Source of the DNA: Polaromonas sp.
GTDB lineage: Bacteria; Pseudomonadota; Gammaproteobacteria; Burkholderiales; Burkholderiaceae_C
NCBI GenBank assembly: GCA_030655515.1
Contig: JAURVI010000020.1
Span: 43,597-107,596 of the forward strand
DNA: 64,000 bases
Direction of reading: 5' to 3'
Positions 29,524 to 40,029 of the stretch are shown one piece after another. The position numbers and the translations under genes were made by a program. How positions within the stretch are numbered: position 1 is the stretch's first letter; every line of letters begins with the position of its first letter. A model generated the notes under the pieces. It was given only the letters and a program-made list of their open reading frames with translations, was not told where the DNA came from and did not search any database.

Positions 29524-30293
29524 GCGCCATCTCCTCCTTCGTTTCCGCCATTCACCACCAGTTGAACCCGGTCGCCGCAAAACACGGTTTCGCCGTACTT
29601 GATGGGCTGGCCATCCATATCCACGTCCAGGCATTCCACGCACAGCACAGGCCGGTTGGCGGGTTGCCTCAACAGGCGTGCGGTTTCATCCGAAGGCATT
29701 TGCGTGGTGATACGGCTTTCCGCGCGGACGTAATCTTCCACGCCAAAATGACGCAGGATTTCAGTGGTGCATGTGCCATCGTCAAGCATGTCCAGCAGCC
29801 CGGGAAATCGCCCTGCGGGGTAATACGCCGTGGCCAGCCCGACAGGCTGGCCGCTGGCTTCGTCGAGCATTTCAACCATCAGGACCTTTGCATATTTGTC
29901 CAGTTTGAGCGCATGGGCCGCACGCTCGGGCGCCGGCATTTCCCGGGCCGTCAGCAACTGCTTGCTGGGCAGCAGGCCCTGGCGTTGCAGGTTTTCACTG
30001 AAGCGTGTCCGGCGCGAAAGCACGTAGTCGAGCAATTCGTGCTGGACAAAGGTGCCGCGTCCCGGTTCGATGCGCACCAGGCCATCGGCCTGCAATGCAG
30101 CCACTGCCTGGCGCAGCGTATGGCGGTTCACGCCAAAGCGCGTTGCGAGTTCATTTTCGCTGGGCAGGCGCCCGCTTGCGGTAAAGGCGCGATCACGAAT
30201 TTCGGTGCCGAGCGTGTCTGCGATCTGCTTCCACACGGCCACACCACTGCGCCTGCCGGGCGCGCTGGAAAGGGAGTGTTCGTTTGTCATCAT
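29520..30293 (-). CDS. phnF: Phosphonate metabolism GntR regulator
   Basis: LPSENELATRFGVNRHTLRQAV, RTRFSENL, UTRA domain. Confidence 0.93.
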   Translation of the reverse strand: MMTNEHSLSSAPGRRSGVAVWKQIADTLGTEIRDRAFTASGRLPSENELATRFGVNRHTLRQAVAALQADGLVRIEPGRGTFVQHELLDYVLSRRTRFSENLQRQGLLPSKQLLTAREMPAPERAAHALKLDKYAKVLMVEMLDEASGQPVGLATAYYPAGRFPGLLDMLDDGTCTTEILRHFGVEDYVRAESRITTQMPSDETARLLRQPANRPVLCVECLDVDMDGQPIKYGETVFCGDRVQLVVNGGNEGGDGA

Positions 30294-30301
30294 TTGGTCA
30301 T
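30284..30301 (+). promoter_or_regulatory. Pho box upstream of phnG
   Basis: TTGTCAT-CATT-TGGTCAT, overlapping the phnF start region. Confidence 0.55.
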
Positions 30302-30389
30302 GTTGTCCGGTTGAACTAGGGCTTTCTTGCAGCCCTTGCGGTTGTTTGCAGCAACAAACTCAACTTTATCAACTGATTTAGACATCTGT

Positions 30390-30854
30390 ATGACAGGCGA
30401 CACTCCAACAAGCGACTACCGAGCGCGACAGGCATGGCTTGCCGTGCTGGCGCGCGCGACCCTGGCCCAACTCGAGGGCAGGGTGCCCGCAGCGGGCGAA
30501 CTGCCGCCCCTGAAGCAGGTTCGCCCGCCCGAAATCGGCATGGTGATGCTGCGCGGCCGCGTGGGCGGCACCGGCAATCCGTTCAACCTGGGCGAGGCCA
30601 GCGTGGTGCGCTGCGCGGTCCGGCTGGGGGATGGGCCGCTGGGCGTGGCCTATGCCCTGGGCCGCGACAAGCGCCGGGCCGAACTGGCGGCGCTTTTCGA
30701 CGCCCTGCTGCAAGACCCGCGCCACCACGACGACCTGCAACGCTCGCTCATCGCTCCGCTGGCCATCGCGCAGGCGCAGGCCCGGGAACGCACGCAGCGC
30801 GACGCGGCCGGCTCCAAAGTCGAGTTTTTCACGCTGGTGCGAGGCGAGGCATGA
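30390..30854 (+). CDS. phnG: C-P lyase subunit
   Basis: PEIGMVMLRGRVGGTGNPFNLGE, KVEFFTLVRGE. Confidence 0.94.
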   Translation: MTGDTPTSDYRARQAWLAVLARATLAQLEGRVPAAGELPPLKQVRPPEIGMVMLRGRVGGTGNPFNLGEASVVRCAVRLGDGPLGVAYALGRDKRRAELAALFDALLQDPRHHDDLQRSLIAPLAIAQAQARERTQRDAAGSKVEFFTLVRGEA

Positions 30855-31450
30855 ACGGTGCATCAACCCTGGCGGCCGGGCTGCTTGACAGTGTGCATGA
30901 AACCCAACTCGCGTTTCGCGCAGTGCTCGATGCGCTGGCCCGACCGGGACGGGTCCGCGCCATTGGTCCCGCGTTGCCAGGCGTGGCGTTGGGCGGCGCG
31001 ATGGCCCGGCTGCTGCTCAGCCTGAGCGACGACGAAACCCCCGTATGGTGGCAGCACGCGGATCCGGATCTGCAGCACTGGCTGCGTTTTCATACGGGCG
31101 CAACGGTGGCCGGGCGGCCGGAGACGGCCAGCTTTGCTGTACTCACCGACATCAGGCAAGGGCTCATGCTGGCTGACTTCGCCTTGGGTACGGCTGCTTC
31201 CCCCGAGTTTTCCGCCACGCTCCTCATCGAGTTGCCTGGCCTGGAGCATGGCCCGGCGCTGGAGTGGCATGGCCCCGGCATTCAGACCATGCAGCGCGTT
31301 GGTCTGCAGGGGCTGCCGGCCGATTTTTGGACGCAGTGGCAAGTCAATCACGCTGCCTTTGCGCAGGGCGTGGACATCGTTTTTACCTGTGGCGAACACG
31401 CCCTGGGCTTGCCCCGCACGACGCGCGTGCGTCGACTGGAAGGAGTCTGA
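30851..31450 (+). CDS. phnH: C-P lyase subunit
   Basis: QLAFRAVLDALARPG, WLRFHTGA, GLPRTT. Confidence 0.93.
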   Translation: MNGASTLAAGLLDSVHETQLAFRAVLDALARPGRVRAIGPALPGVALGGAMARLLLSLSDDETPVWWQHADPDLQHWLRFHTGATVAGRPETASFAVLTDIRQGLMLADFALGTAASPEFSATLLIELPGLEHGPALEWHGPGIQTMQRVGLQGLPADFWTQWQVNHAAFAQGVDIVFTCGEHALGLPRTTRVRRLEGV

Positions 31451-31451
31451 C

Positions 31452-32624
31452 ATGTATGTTGCCGTGAAAGGCGGCGCCGCCGCGATCGAGAGCTCCTGGC
31501 GCCTGCTGGAGGCCCAGCGCCGGGGCGATACCGCGATAGCGCCCCTGTCGGTGGCGCAAATCCGCGCGCAGCTCTCGCTGGCGGTGGACCGGGTGATGAG
31601 CGAAGGATCGCTGTATGACCCCGAACTCGCGGCGCTGGCCATCAAGCAAGCCAGCGGCGACCTGGTCGAAGCCATTTTTCTGTTGCGGGCTTACCGCACC
31701 ACCTTGCCGCGCCTGGGCCATGCCCTGCCGCTGGACACCGCGCGCATCGCGCTGGTGCGGCGCATCTCGGCCGCTTTCAAGGAGGTGCCGGGGGGGCAGT
31801 TGCTCGGGCCGACCCACGACTACACCCAGCGCCTGCTCGATTTTGCGCTGCTGGCCGAAAACGGCAGTGTCTCTGGTTCGGCCGCAGCCACCGACACGCA
31901 GCAAGACAGCGCGCAGACCGCTGGCATGGCAAGCGCCGCGCCATCTGCGACGGTGCCCCGCATCAACGACCTGCTGGCGCGCGAAGGTCTGCTGGAAACG
32001 CCGCGCCCCGACGAGGACGCCCTGCCGGGCGACCTGACCCGTGATCCGCTGATGTTTCCGGCCGACCGTGCCCTGCGCCTGCAGGCACTGGCGCGTGGCG
32101 ACGAAGGCTGGCTGCTGGGCATGGGCTACTCCACCCAGCGCGGCTACGCCAGCTCGCATCCGTTTGCAGGCGAGATTCGCCGGGGCTTTGTCAGTGTCGA
32201 GTTGGCGCCGGACGAGCTGGGTTTTGCGGTGGATATCGGCGACCTGGAAGTCACCGAATGCCAGATGATCAACCAGTTCAACGGCAGCCGCGAAGTGCCG
32301 CCGCAGTTCACCCAAGGCTATGGCCTGGCCTTTGGCGGCGCGGAACGCAAGACCATGGCCATGGCCTTGGTGGACCGCGCATTGCGGGCCGACGAACTGG
32401 GCGAGCCGCGCGTCGCACCGGCGCAAGACGAGGAGTTCGTGCTCTCGCATGCCGACAGCGTCGAGGCCTCGGGTTTCGTGCAGCACTTGAAGCTGCCGCA
32501 CTACGTGGATTTTCAGGCCGAACTGGAACTGGTGCGAAAGCTGCGCGCCAGCCATGCCGGGGCCGCGCAGGCGGCGTCCGACAACCCCACCTCTTTCGCC
32601 CCCGGTCAGCAGGAGGCTGCATGA
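31452..32624 (+). CDS. phnI: C-P lyase subunit
   Basis: MYVAVKGG, VDRVMSEGSLYD, HLKLPHYVDFQ. Confidence 0.95.
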   Translation: MYVAVKGGAAAIESSWRLLEAQRRGDTAIAPLSVAQIRAQLSLAVDRVMSEGSLYDPELAALAIKQASGDLVEAIFLLRAYRTTLPRLGHALPLDTARIALVRRISAAFKEVPGGQLLGPTHDYTQRLLDFALLAENGSVSGSAAATDTQQDSAQTAGMASAAPSATVPRINDLLAREGLLETPRPDEDALPGDLTRDPLMFPADRALRLQALARGDEGWLLGMGYSTQRGYASSHPFAGEIRRGFVSVELAPDELGFAVDIGDLEVTECQMINQFNGSREVPPQFTQGYGLAFGGAERKTMAMALVDRALRADELGEPRVAPAQDEEFVLSHADSVEASGFVQHLKLPHYVDFQAELELVRKLRASHAGAAQAASDNPTSFAPGQQEAA

Positions 32625-33544
32625 TGGACACGCATTACAACTTCGCTTTTCTGGACGAGCGCACCAAGAAGCGCATCCGGCGCGCCCTGCTCAAGGCGGT
32701 GGCGGTGCCGGGCTATCAGGTTCCCTTCGGCTCCCGCGAGATGCCTTTCGCCTATGGATGGGGTACCGGCGGCGTGCAAATCACGGCCAGCATCATTGGC
32801 TTGAATGACGTGCTCAAGGTCATCGACCAAGGGGCGGACGACACCACGAATGCGGTGAACATCCGGCACTTCTTCGCCCGCACCACCGGCGTGGCCACCA
32901 CCGGGAAAACGCGCGAAGCGACCCTCATCCAGACGCGTCACCGCATCCCGGAGACGCCGCTCACCGAATCGCAGATACTGATTTACCAGGTGCCCATGCC
33001 CGAGCCGCTGTCCAGGCTCGAGCCGCGCCGGCGCGAGGCCATCAAGATGCATGCGCTGACCGAATACGGCCTGATGCATGTGCGCTTGTACGAAGACATC
33101 GCGCAACTGGGGGCGATTTCGCGCAGCTATGACTACCCGGTGATGGTGAACGAGCGTTACCTGATGTCGCCCTCGCCCATCCCCAAGTTCGACAACCCCA
33201 AGATGCACATGAACCCCGCCCTGCAACTGTTTGGCGCCGGCCGTGAAAAACGGCTCTATGCGATCCCGCCCTACACCCCGGTGCGCAGCCTGGACTTCGA
33301 GGATCATCCCTTTGAGGTGCAGCGCTGGGAGCATGCCTGTGCGCTGTGCGGCGCGACCGCGAGCTATCTCGACGAGATGATCGTGGACGACCAGGGCAGC
33401 CGCCTGTTCGTGTGCTCGGACAGCGATTATTGCGAAGAGCGTCGCGAAGCCGGGCACGTGGGCAGCCAGCAGGCCGTGACCCTGCACGATGCCCTGACCA
33501 CCCAGGCCGACGCGGCCACATCATCCGCACGGGATGCGGCATGA
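32621..33544 (+). CDS. phnJ: C-P lyase radical SAM subunit
   Basis: YGWGTGG, IQTRHRIPE, CALC...CSDSDYC. Confidence 0.96.
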   Translation: MMDTHYNFAFLDERTKKRIRRALLKAVAVPGYQVPFGSREMPFAYGWGTGGVQITASIIGLNDVLKVIDQGADDTTNAVNIRHFFARTTGVATTGKTREATLIQTRHRIPETPLTESQILIYQVPMPEPLSRLEPRRREAIKMHALTEYGLMHVRLYEDIAQLGAISRSYDYPVMVNERYLMSPSPIPKFDNPKMHMNPALQLFGAGREKRLYAIPPYTPVRSLDFEDHPFEVQRWEHACALCGATASYLDEMIVDDQGSRLFVCSDSDYCEERREAGHVGSQQAVTLHDALTTQADAATSSARDAA

Positions 33545-34347
33545 AGCCGCCCGTGCTGCTGTCGGCCCGTCAGGCGGGCAAGGCCTTCATGCATCAAGGA
33601 CAGCCGCGCTGGGCCTGCCGCGATGTAACTTTTGACCTCTATCCCGGCGAGGTTTTGGCCGTCGTGGGTGAATCCGGCTCCGGCAAGACCACGCTGCTGC
33701 GACTGCTGGCGGCACGTCTTGCGTGCGACGAGGGCTCGGTGCATTACGACGTGCGGGCCGAGTCTGCCGGTGAGTCCGGGGGGCTGGTTGACCTGGCCGC
33801 GATGCCGGAGGCCCGGCTGCGCTGGCTGGCACGCACCGATTGGGGTTTCGTCGAGCAGCATGCCAGAGACGGCCTGCGCATGAATGTCTCGGGCGGCGCC
33901 AATGTGGGCGAACGCCTGATGGCCCTGGGCGGGCGGCACTACGGCCAACTGCGCGGCGAAGCCCTGTCATGGATGCAGCGCGTGGAGCTGGACACCGGTC
34001 GCATTGACGACCTGCCCGGCACCTACTCAGGGGGCATGCAGCAGCGGCTGCAGATTGCGCGCAATCTGGTAACCCACCCACGCCTGGTGTTCATGGATGA
34101 GCCCACCACCGGGCTGGATGTGTCGGTGCAGGCGCGACTGCTGGACCTGGTGCGCGAACTGGTGGACGAGTTGCAACTCTCGGCCGTGGTGGTCACCCAC
34201 GACCTGGCGGTGGCGCGGCTGCTGGCCCATCGCATGCTGGTGATGAAGGACGGCTGTGTGGTCGAGCAGGGCCTGACCGACCGCGTGCTGGACGACCCCC
34301 AGCACCCCTATACCCAACTGCTCGTTTCCTCGGTGCTGACACCATGA
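33541..34347 (+). CDS. phnK: C-P lyase ABC-type ATPase
   Basis: GESGSGKTT, SGGMQQRLQIARNL, HPYTQLLVSS. Confidence 0.95.
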   Translation: MKPPVLLSARQAGKAFMHQGQPRWACRDVTFDLYPGEVLAVVGESGSGKTTLLRLLAARLACDEGSVHYDVRAESAGESGGLVDLAAMPEARLRWLARTDWGFVEQHARDGLRMNVSGGANVGERLMALGGRHYGQLRGEALSWMQRVELDTGRIDDLPGTYSGGMQQRLQIARNLVTHPRLVFMDEPTTGLDVSVQARLLDLVRELVDELQLSAVVVTHDLAVARLLAHRMLVMKDGCVVEQGLTDRVLDDPQHPYTQLLVSSVLTP

Positions 34348-35042
34348 CCGCTCTCATAGAAACCATTGCCCTGTCCAAGACCTTTACGCTGCACGGACGC
34401 GGTGGCCTGCAACTGCCGGTGTTCGCCGGCATTGATTTGAGCGTGCGCCCCGGCGAGTGCCTGGCGCTGACCGGCCATTCCGGCAGCGGCAAAAGCTCCT
34501 TGCTGCGCTGCCTGTACGGCAACTACGGCGCCAGCAGCGGCGATGTGCGCATCCGGCATCAGGGCCGCTGGGTCAGTCTGTCCGGCGCCGCGCCGCGTGA
34601 CGTGTTTGACGTGCGCCGCCGCACACTGGGCTATGTCTCGCAGTTCCTGCGCGTCATTCCGCGCGTGTCCACGCTTGACATCGTGGCCGATCCGCTGCGC
34701 CGCCTCGGGCTGGGCGCTGACGAAGCGCGCGTGCAAGCCGCGAACTGGCTCAAACGCCTGAACCTGCACGAGCACTTGTGGCATCTGCCGCCCGCCACCT
34801 TCTCGGGCGGCGAGCAGCAGCGCGTCAACATCGCCCACGGCATGATCACCGCCCCGCCGGTGCTGCTGCTGGACGAACCCACGGCCTCGCTCGATGCCGA
34901 CAACCGGCGCGCCGTGGTGGAACTGATCCATGCGGCACGCGAGCAGGGCGCCGCCATCGTGGGCATTTTTCATGACGACGAAGTGCGTGAAGCCGTGGCC
35001 ACCCGCTGCCTTGACGTCGAGCAATACCGAAATCCGGCTTGA
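34344..35042 (+). CDS. phnL: C-P lyase ABC-type ATPase
   Basis: KTFTLH, YVSQFLRVIPRV, FSGGEQQRVNIA. Confidence 0.95.
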   Translation: MTALIETIALSKTFTLHGRGGLQLPVFAGIDLSVRPGECLALTGHSGSGKSSLLRCLYGNYGASSGDVRIRHQGRWVSLSGAAPRDVFDVRRRTLGYVSQFLRVIPRVSTLDIVADPLRRLGLGADEARVQAANWLKRLNLHEHLWHLPPATFSGGEQQRVNIAHGMITAPPVLLLDEPTASLDADNRRAVVELIHAAREQGAAIVGIFHDDEVREAVATRCLDVEQYRNPA

Positions 35043-35061
35043 TCCCCAAGGAATACCGCCC

Positions 35062-36204
35062 ATGAACCAACGCATCATCCGCAACGCCCGCATCGTCACG
35101 GCCGACGAAGAATTCACCGGCAGCCTGACTGTGGAAGACGGCATCATCCGCTCGGTGGACCGCGGCAACACGTCCGCGCCCGGCGCCGAAGACTGGGCCG
35201 GCGACTGGCTGATGCCCGGCCTGGTGGAGCTGCACACCGACAACCTCGAAAAACACCTGGTGCCGCGACCCGGCGTACTGTGGAATGCCCACTCCGCCAT
35301 GATGGTGCATGACGCGCAGTGCGCGGCCGCGGGCATCACCACCGTACTGGATTCTGTCGTGATCGGCGACATGGACCAGGGCGGCACACGCTGCCAGACC
35401 CAGCACGCCTCCATCGCCGCCTTGCGCCAGTGCCGCGACGAAGGGTTGATGCGCGTCGAGCACCTGCTGCACCTGCGCTGCGAGCTCTCGGCCCCTGACA
35501 TTCTGGAGGTGTTCCACCAGTACGCCGATGACCCGTTGCTCAAACTCGTCAGCGTGATGGACCACACGCCGGGCCAGCGCCAATGGCGCGACCTGAAGAG
35601 CTACCGCCGCTACTCCGAGCGCAACGCTCGTTTCAGCGATGAAGAGTTCGACGCCATGATCGCGCAGCGCCAGGCCGACCAGCAGGCCTATGCGGTGCCG
35701 CACCGCCAGACCATCGTCAAAGCCAGCAAGGCGCGCGGCCTGCCCCTGGCCAGCCATGACGACACGCTGCTCAGCGATGTGCAGCTCGCCGTCAGGGAGG
35801 GCGTGGGCCTGTCGGAGTTCCCCACCACCGTGGCAGCGGCGCAGGCGGCGCGCGACGCGGGCATGGCCATCATCATGGGCGGGCCCAACATGGTCAAGGG
35901 CGGCTCGCATTCGGGCAACGTCTCGGCTGTCGAGCTGGCGCAGTCCGGCCTGCTGGACATCTTCTCGTCCGACTATGTGCCGAGCAGTCTGTTGCTGGCC
36001 ACTTTCATGCTGGGCCGCCTGGCGCAATGGACGCTGCCCAAGGCCGTGCGCACCGTCACGCGCAACCCGGCGCTGGCCATCGGAATGCAAGACCGGGGCG
36101 ACGTGGCGGTGGACCAGCGCGCCGACCTGTTGCGCGTGCGCATGAACCGTGTCGGCATGCCCGTGGTGCTGGAGACCTGGCTCGCCGGTCAGCGAGCCTA
36201 TTGA
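35062..36204 (+). CDS. phnM: Alpha-D-ribose 1-methylphosphonate 5-triphosphate diphosphatase
   Basis: PGLVELHTDNLE, MDHTPGQRQ, ASHDD, SHSGNVSA, SSDYVP. Confidence 0.95.
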   Translation: MNQRIIRNARIVTADEEFTGSLTVEDGIIRSVDRGNTSAPGAEDWAGDWLMPGLVELHTDNLEKHLVPRPGVLWNAHSAMMVHDAQCAAAGITTVLDSVVIGDMDQGGTRCQTQHASIAALRQCRDEGLMRVEHLLHLRCELSAPDILEVFHQYADDPLLKLVSVMDHTPGQRQWRDLKSYRRYSERNARFSDEEFDAMIAQRQADQQAYAVPHRQTIVKASKARGLPLASHDDTLLSDVQLAVREGVGLSEFPTTVAAAQAARDAGMAIIMGGPNMVKGGSHSGNVSAVELAQSGLLDIFSSDYVPSSLLLATFMLGRLAQWTLPKAVRTVTRNPALAIGMQDRGDVAVDQRADLLRVRMNRVGMPVVLETWLAGQRAY

Positions 36205-36217
36205 CGAGAACTCCGCC

Positions 36218-36865
36218 ATGAGCCCTATCCACATTGCCGCCTTCAACCTGCCGATCCCCGTCCGCCTGGGGCCAGCTCCCACACTCGCGCCTAGCGCCAT
36301 CGTGCGCGACTGCCGTTTCGGCCGCTATACCCAGGTCGGCGAGCAGTCGCGCATGGAAGACTGCCTGCTGGACGACTACGCCTACCTGCAGCACTACTGC
36401 GACCTGATGTCGGTGGACATCGGCAAGTTTGCCAACATCGCTGCCATGGTGCGCATCAATCCCGGCTTCCACCCCATGGAGCGGCCAACGCTGCACCACT
36501 TCACCTACCGTCCGACGATGTACGGCATGGACGAGCAGGACGATGCCGACTTCTTCCAGTGGCGCCGCCGGCAGCGGGTCATCATCGGCCACGACACCTG
36601 GATCGGCCACGGGGTGGTCATCATGCCGGGGGTGCGCATCGGCAACGGCGCGGTGGTGGGCAGTAACTCGGTGGTGACCAAGGACGTGCCGCCTTACACC
36701 ATCGTCGCCGGCGTCGCGGCGAAAGTGATCCGCCAACGCTTTCCCAGGGCGATTGCCGAGGCCATCGAGGCCACGGCCTGGTGGGATTGGGACCACGACA
36801 CGTTGACCGAGCGCATGGCGGATTTCCGGGACATGCGAACATTCCTCGCCAAATACGCGCCCTGA
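36218..36865 (+). CDS. Hexapeptide-repeat acyltransferase associated with phn clusters
   Basis: IGKFANIAAMVRINPGFHPM, HHFTYR, IGHDTWIGHG. Confidence 0.9.
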   Translation: MSPIHIAAFNLPIPVRLGPAPTLAPSAIVRDCRFGRYTQVGEQSRMEDCLLDDYAYLQHYCDLMSVDIGKFANIAAMVRINPGFHPMERPTLHHFTYRPTMYGMDEQDDADFFQWRRRQRVIIGHDTWIGHGVVIMPGVRIGNGAVVGSNSVVTKDVPPYTIVAGVAAKVIRQRFPRAIAEAIEATAWWDWDHDTLTERMADFRDMRTFLAKYAP

Positions 36866-36932
36866 AACAGGTTCCGGAACGGCGCCGTCGTCGTTGACCG
36901 ACCGTTGCCGTCACTCAGAACTTGTTGGATTC

Positions 36933-38351
36933 TTAAATTGGATTTTTATTCCACAAGGGGTGCTGCGGCAAGGTGGTTGCGGCGACTTCCCGCACGGGCT
37001 CGCGCATCGTCACAAACTCCTCTGCCGCCGTCGGGTGGATTCCGATGGTGCCGTCAAACACCGCCTTGGTCGCGCCGGCCTTCATGGCTACCGCAAAACC
37101 CTGCACAATTTCACCGGCATCCGGCCCCACCATGTGCAGGCCCACGACGCGATCAGAGGCGTCATCGACCAGCAGCTTCATCAGCGTGCGTTCGGCGCTG
37201 CCGCTCAGTGTGTGCCTGAGCGCCTTGAAGTCCGCCCGGTACACACTGACCTTGCCGAATTTCTCGCGGGCGTCGGCTTCCGAATAACCGACGGTGCCGA
37301 TATTGGGGTGCGTGAACACGGCGGTCGGGATGAAGTCGTAGCTCATGGTGCGGGAATTCTTGCCGGCAACCGGCCCCAGCAGGTGGTCAACCAGCGCCAT
37401 GGCTTCTCCCAGCGCCACCGGCGTGAGCTGCACCCGGGCTGTCACGTCGCCTACCGCGTAGATGGAGGGCACCGAACTTTGGTATTGCGCATTGACCTCG
37501 ACAGCGCCTTTGCCGTTCACGGCCACGCCCGCCGCTTCGAGGCCCAAGCCCTGGACGTTGGGCTCGCGCCCGGTTGCATACAACACGGCATCAGCCCTGA
37601 CACGCTGGCCGTCGCCCAACTGCACGTCTAGCCCTTCCGTTGTCCTGGTGATGGCCGCCACATCGGCATGGAGCCGCAGGTCCACCCCGGCCTTGCGCAT
37701 TTCGGTTGCGATGAAGGCGCGCACGTCTTCGTCAAAACCGCGCAAGACCTGGCTCCCCCGGTAGAGCTGGATGACCTTGGCGCCCAGCCCGTTGAATATG
37801 GACGAAAATTCGCAGGCGATGTAGCCCCCGCCCACGACCAGAAGACGTTTCGGGAAGGGCTGGAGGTCGAATATCCGGTCCGAAGTCAGCACATGCTCAC
37901 GCCCAGGCACGGCGGGCACCGTCGGCGCGCCGCCGGTGGCGATCAGTATGTTTTTGGCGGTGAAGGCCTGATCGTCCACCTGTACCGTGTGGCCATCGCG
38001 CAGCGTGGCCCAGCCGGCGATGGTCTTCACCCCGGCGCTTTCCAGCAACTGGCTGTAGATGCCGTTGAGGCGCGATATCTCGCGCGCCCGGTTGGTCTTG
38101 AGCCGTTCCCAATCAAGAACCGGGGCCTCGCCGACCCAGCCAAAACCGCGCGACTCTTCAAACGCCTCGGCGTAATGCGCTGCGTAGCTGTAGAGTTTTT
38201 TCGGAATGCAACCCACGTTGACACAGGTGCCGCCCATGGCCGCCACCTCGGCCAGCGCCACCCGCGCCCCACGCTGCGCCGCCATTCGCGCGGCGCGCAC
38301 ACCGCCGCTGCCCCCGCCGATGACAAACAGGTCAAAGTCGAAATTTTGCAT
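36933..38351 (-). CDS. gor: Glutathione-disulfide reductase
   Basis: GGGSGG, GGTCVNVGCIPKK, GGGYIACEF, IHPTAAEEFVTM. Confidence 0.95.
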   Translation of the reverse strand: MQNFDFDLFVIGGGSGGVRAARMAAQRGARVALAEVAAMGGTCVNVGCIPKKLYSYAAHYAEAFEESRGFGWVGEAPVLDWERLKTNRAREISRLNGIYSQLLESAGVKTIAGWATLRDGHTVQVDDQAFTAKNILIATGGAPTVPAVPGREHVLTSDRIFDLQPFPKRLLVVGGGYIACEFSSIFNGLGAKVIQLYRGSQVLRGFDEDVRAFIATEMRKAGVDLRLHADVAAITRTTEGLDVQLGDGQRVRADAVLYATGREPNVQGLGLEAAGVAVNGKGAVEVNAQYQSSVPSIYAVGDVTARVQLTPVALGEAMALVDHLLGPVAGKNSRTMSYDFIPTAVFTHPNIGTVGYSEADAREKFGKVSVYRADFKALRHTLSGSAERTLMKLLVDDASDRVVGLHMVGPDAGEIVQGFAVAMKAGATKAVFDGTIGIHPTAAEEFVTMREPVREVAATTLPQHPLWNKNPI

Positions 38352-38500
38352 CAATGTTCTTTTCTCTTGTGGTCTTGGCAAAATGATAGCCGGCTTGCCG
38401 GGTCTGACTGGCGACCACTTTTAAAGCCACTTTTGGATTATCCCTCTGTCCATCAGGCCCTTGAAGGCGGGGCTTGAGTCTGGCCGCCGATAATCGGGGC

Positions 38501-39928
38501 ATGACGCCTTCCCCTCCACCTTGCGCCGCAGCAAGCACTGACTTCGGCACCTTGCCGTTAAACCCTGCGACGCAGGCCAATCTGCAAACCCTGGGCTACC
38601 TGGCGATGACGCCCATCCAGGCAGCCAGCCTGCCGCCGGCCCTGGCCGGCAACGACCTGATCGCCCAGGCCAAAACCGGCAGCGGCAAGACCGCCGCGTT
38701 TGCGCTGGCGCTGCTGGCCAACCTGAACCCGCGGCGTTTTGCGGTGCAGGCCATGGTGCTGTGTCCCACGCGCGAACTGGCCGACCAGGTCACGACCGAA
38801 ATCCGCCGCCTGGCGCGCGCCGAGGAAAACATCAAGGTTGTCACCTTGTGCGGCGGCGTCGCCTTGCGCGGGCAAAGTGCCAGCCTGGCGCACGGCGCGC
38901 ACATTGTGGTCGGCACGCCCGGCCGCATCATGGACCATCTGGCGCGCGGCAATCTGCGGCTCGACGCGCTGAACACGCTGGTGCTCGATGAAGCCGACCG
39001 CATGCTGGACATGGGCTTTTTCGAGGACATCGCCACCGTCGCCAGGCAATGCCCGAAAGAGCGGCAAACCCTGCTTTTTTCCGCCACCTACCCGGAAGGC
39101 ATTGCCAGGCTCAGCCAGCAGTTCATGCGCAGCCCGCAAACCATCACCGTGCAGGCGCAACACGAGAAAAGCAAAATCCGCCAGCGCTGGTATCAGGTGC
39201 CAGAAAGCAGCCATGACGAAGCACGCCTGAACGCGGTGGCGTTGCTGCTCAACCATTACCGCCCGGCCGGCACGCTGGCTTTTTGCAACACCAAGTCGCA
39301 GTGCCGGGCGCTGGTGCAACTGCTTCAACGCCAGGGCTTCAGCGCGCTGGCGCTCTACGGTGAGCTGGAGCAGCGCGAACGCGACCAGGTGCTGGTGCAG
39401 TTTTCCAACCGCAGTTGTTCGGTGCTGGTCGCCACCGACGTGGCCGCCCGCGGTCTGGACATTGCGCAGTTGGAGATGGTCATCAACGTCGATGTGACAC
39501 CCGACCCCGAAGTGCATATTCACCGCATCGGCCGCACCGGCCGGGCCGACGAAGAGGGCTGGGCCATCAGCCTGGCCAGCATGGACGAAATGGGTTCGGT
39601 CGGAAAAATCGAGCAGTTGCAAAAAACCGAGTCCGAGTGGCACAAGCTGGCCGAGCTGACACCCGCCAGCCAAGAGCCGCTGCTGCCGCCCATGGTCACC
39701 TTGCAAATCGTCGGCGGCCGCAAGGAAAAAATCCGTGCCGGCGACGTGCTGGGCGCGCTCACCGGCGAAGCCGGCTTCACGCGCGAACAGGTCGGCAAGA
39801 TCAATGTCAACGAGTTCTCGACCTATGTGGCGGTGGACCGCGCCATTGCCAACGAAGCGCAGCAAAAACTTGGCAGCGGCCGCATCAAAGGCAAAAGCGT
39901 CAAGGTGCGTTTCATGGACGAAACCTGA
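38501..39928 (+). CDS. dbpA: ATP-dependent RNA helicase DbpA
   Basis: AKTGSGKT, DEAD, SAT, HRIGRTGR, C-terminal GGRKEKIRAGDVLGALTG. Confidence 0.95.
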   Translation: MTPSPPPCAAASTDFGTLPLNPATQANLQTLGYLAMTPIQAASLPPALAGNDLIAQAKTGSGKTAAFALALLANLNPRRFAVQAMVLCPTRELADQVTTEIRRLARAEENIKVVTLCGGVALRGQSASLAHGAHIVVGTPGRIMDHLARGNLRLDALNTLVLDEADRMLDMGFFEDIATVARQCPKERQTLLFSATYPEGIARLSQQFMRSPQTITVQAQHEKSKIRQRWYQVPESSHDEARLNAVALLLNHYRPAGTLAFCNTKSQCRALVQLLQRQGFSALALYGELEQRERDQVLVQFSNRSCSVLVATDVAARGLDIAQLEMVINVDVTPDPEVHIHRIGRTGRADEEGWAISLASMDEMGSVGKIEQLQKTESEWHKLAELTPASQEPLLPPMVTLQIVGGRKEKIRAGDVLGALTGEAGFTREQVGKINVNEFSTYVAVDRAIANEAQQKLGSGRIKGKSVKVRFMDET

Positions 39929-40029
39929 GAGGCCGTGAATCTTTCGGCGGCACGAACCGGTCTGTATACTCTCCGGCGAACAATACCCCCGCCTCTGAGC
40001 GTCCGACTCTTCCGAAAGCGCATGGAGCT

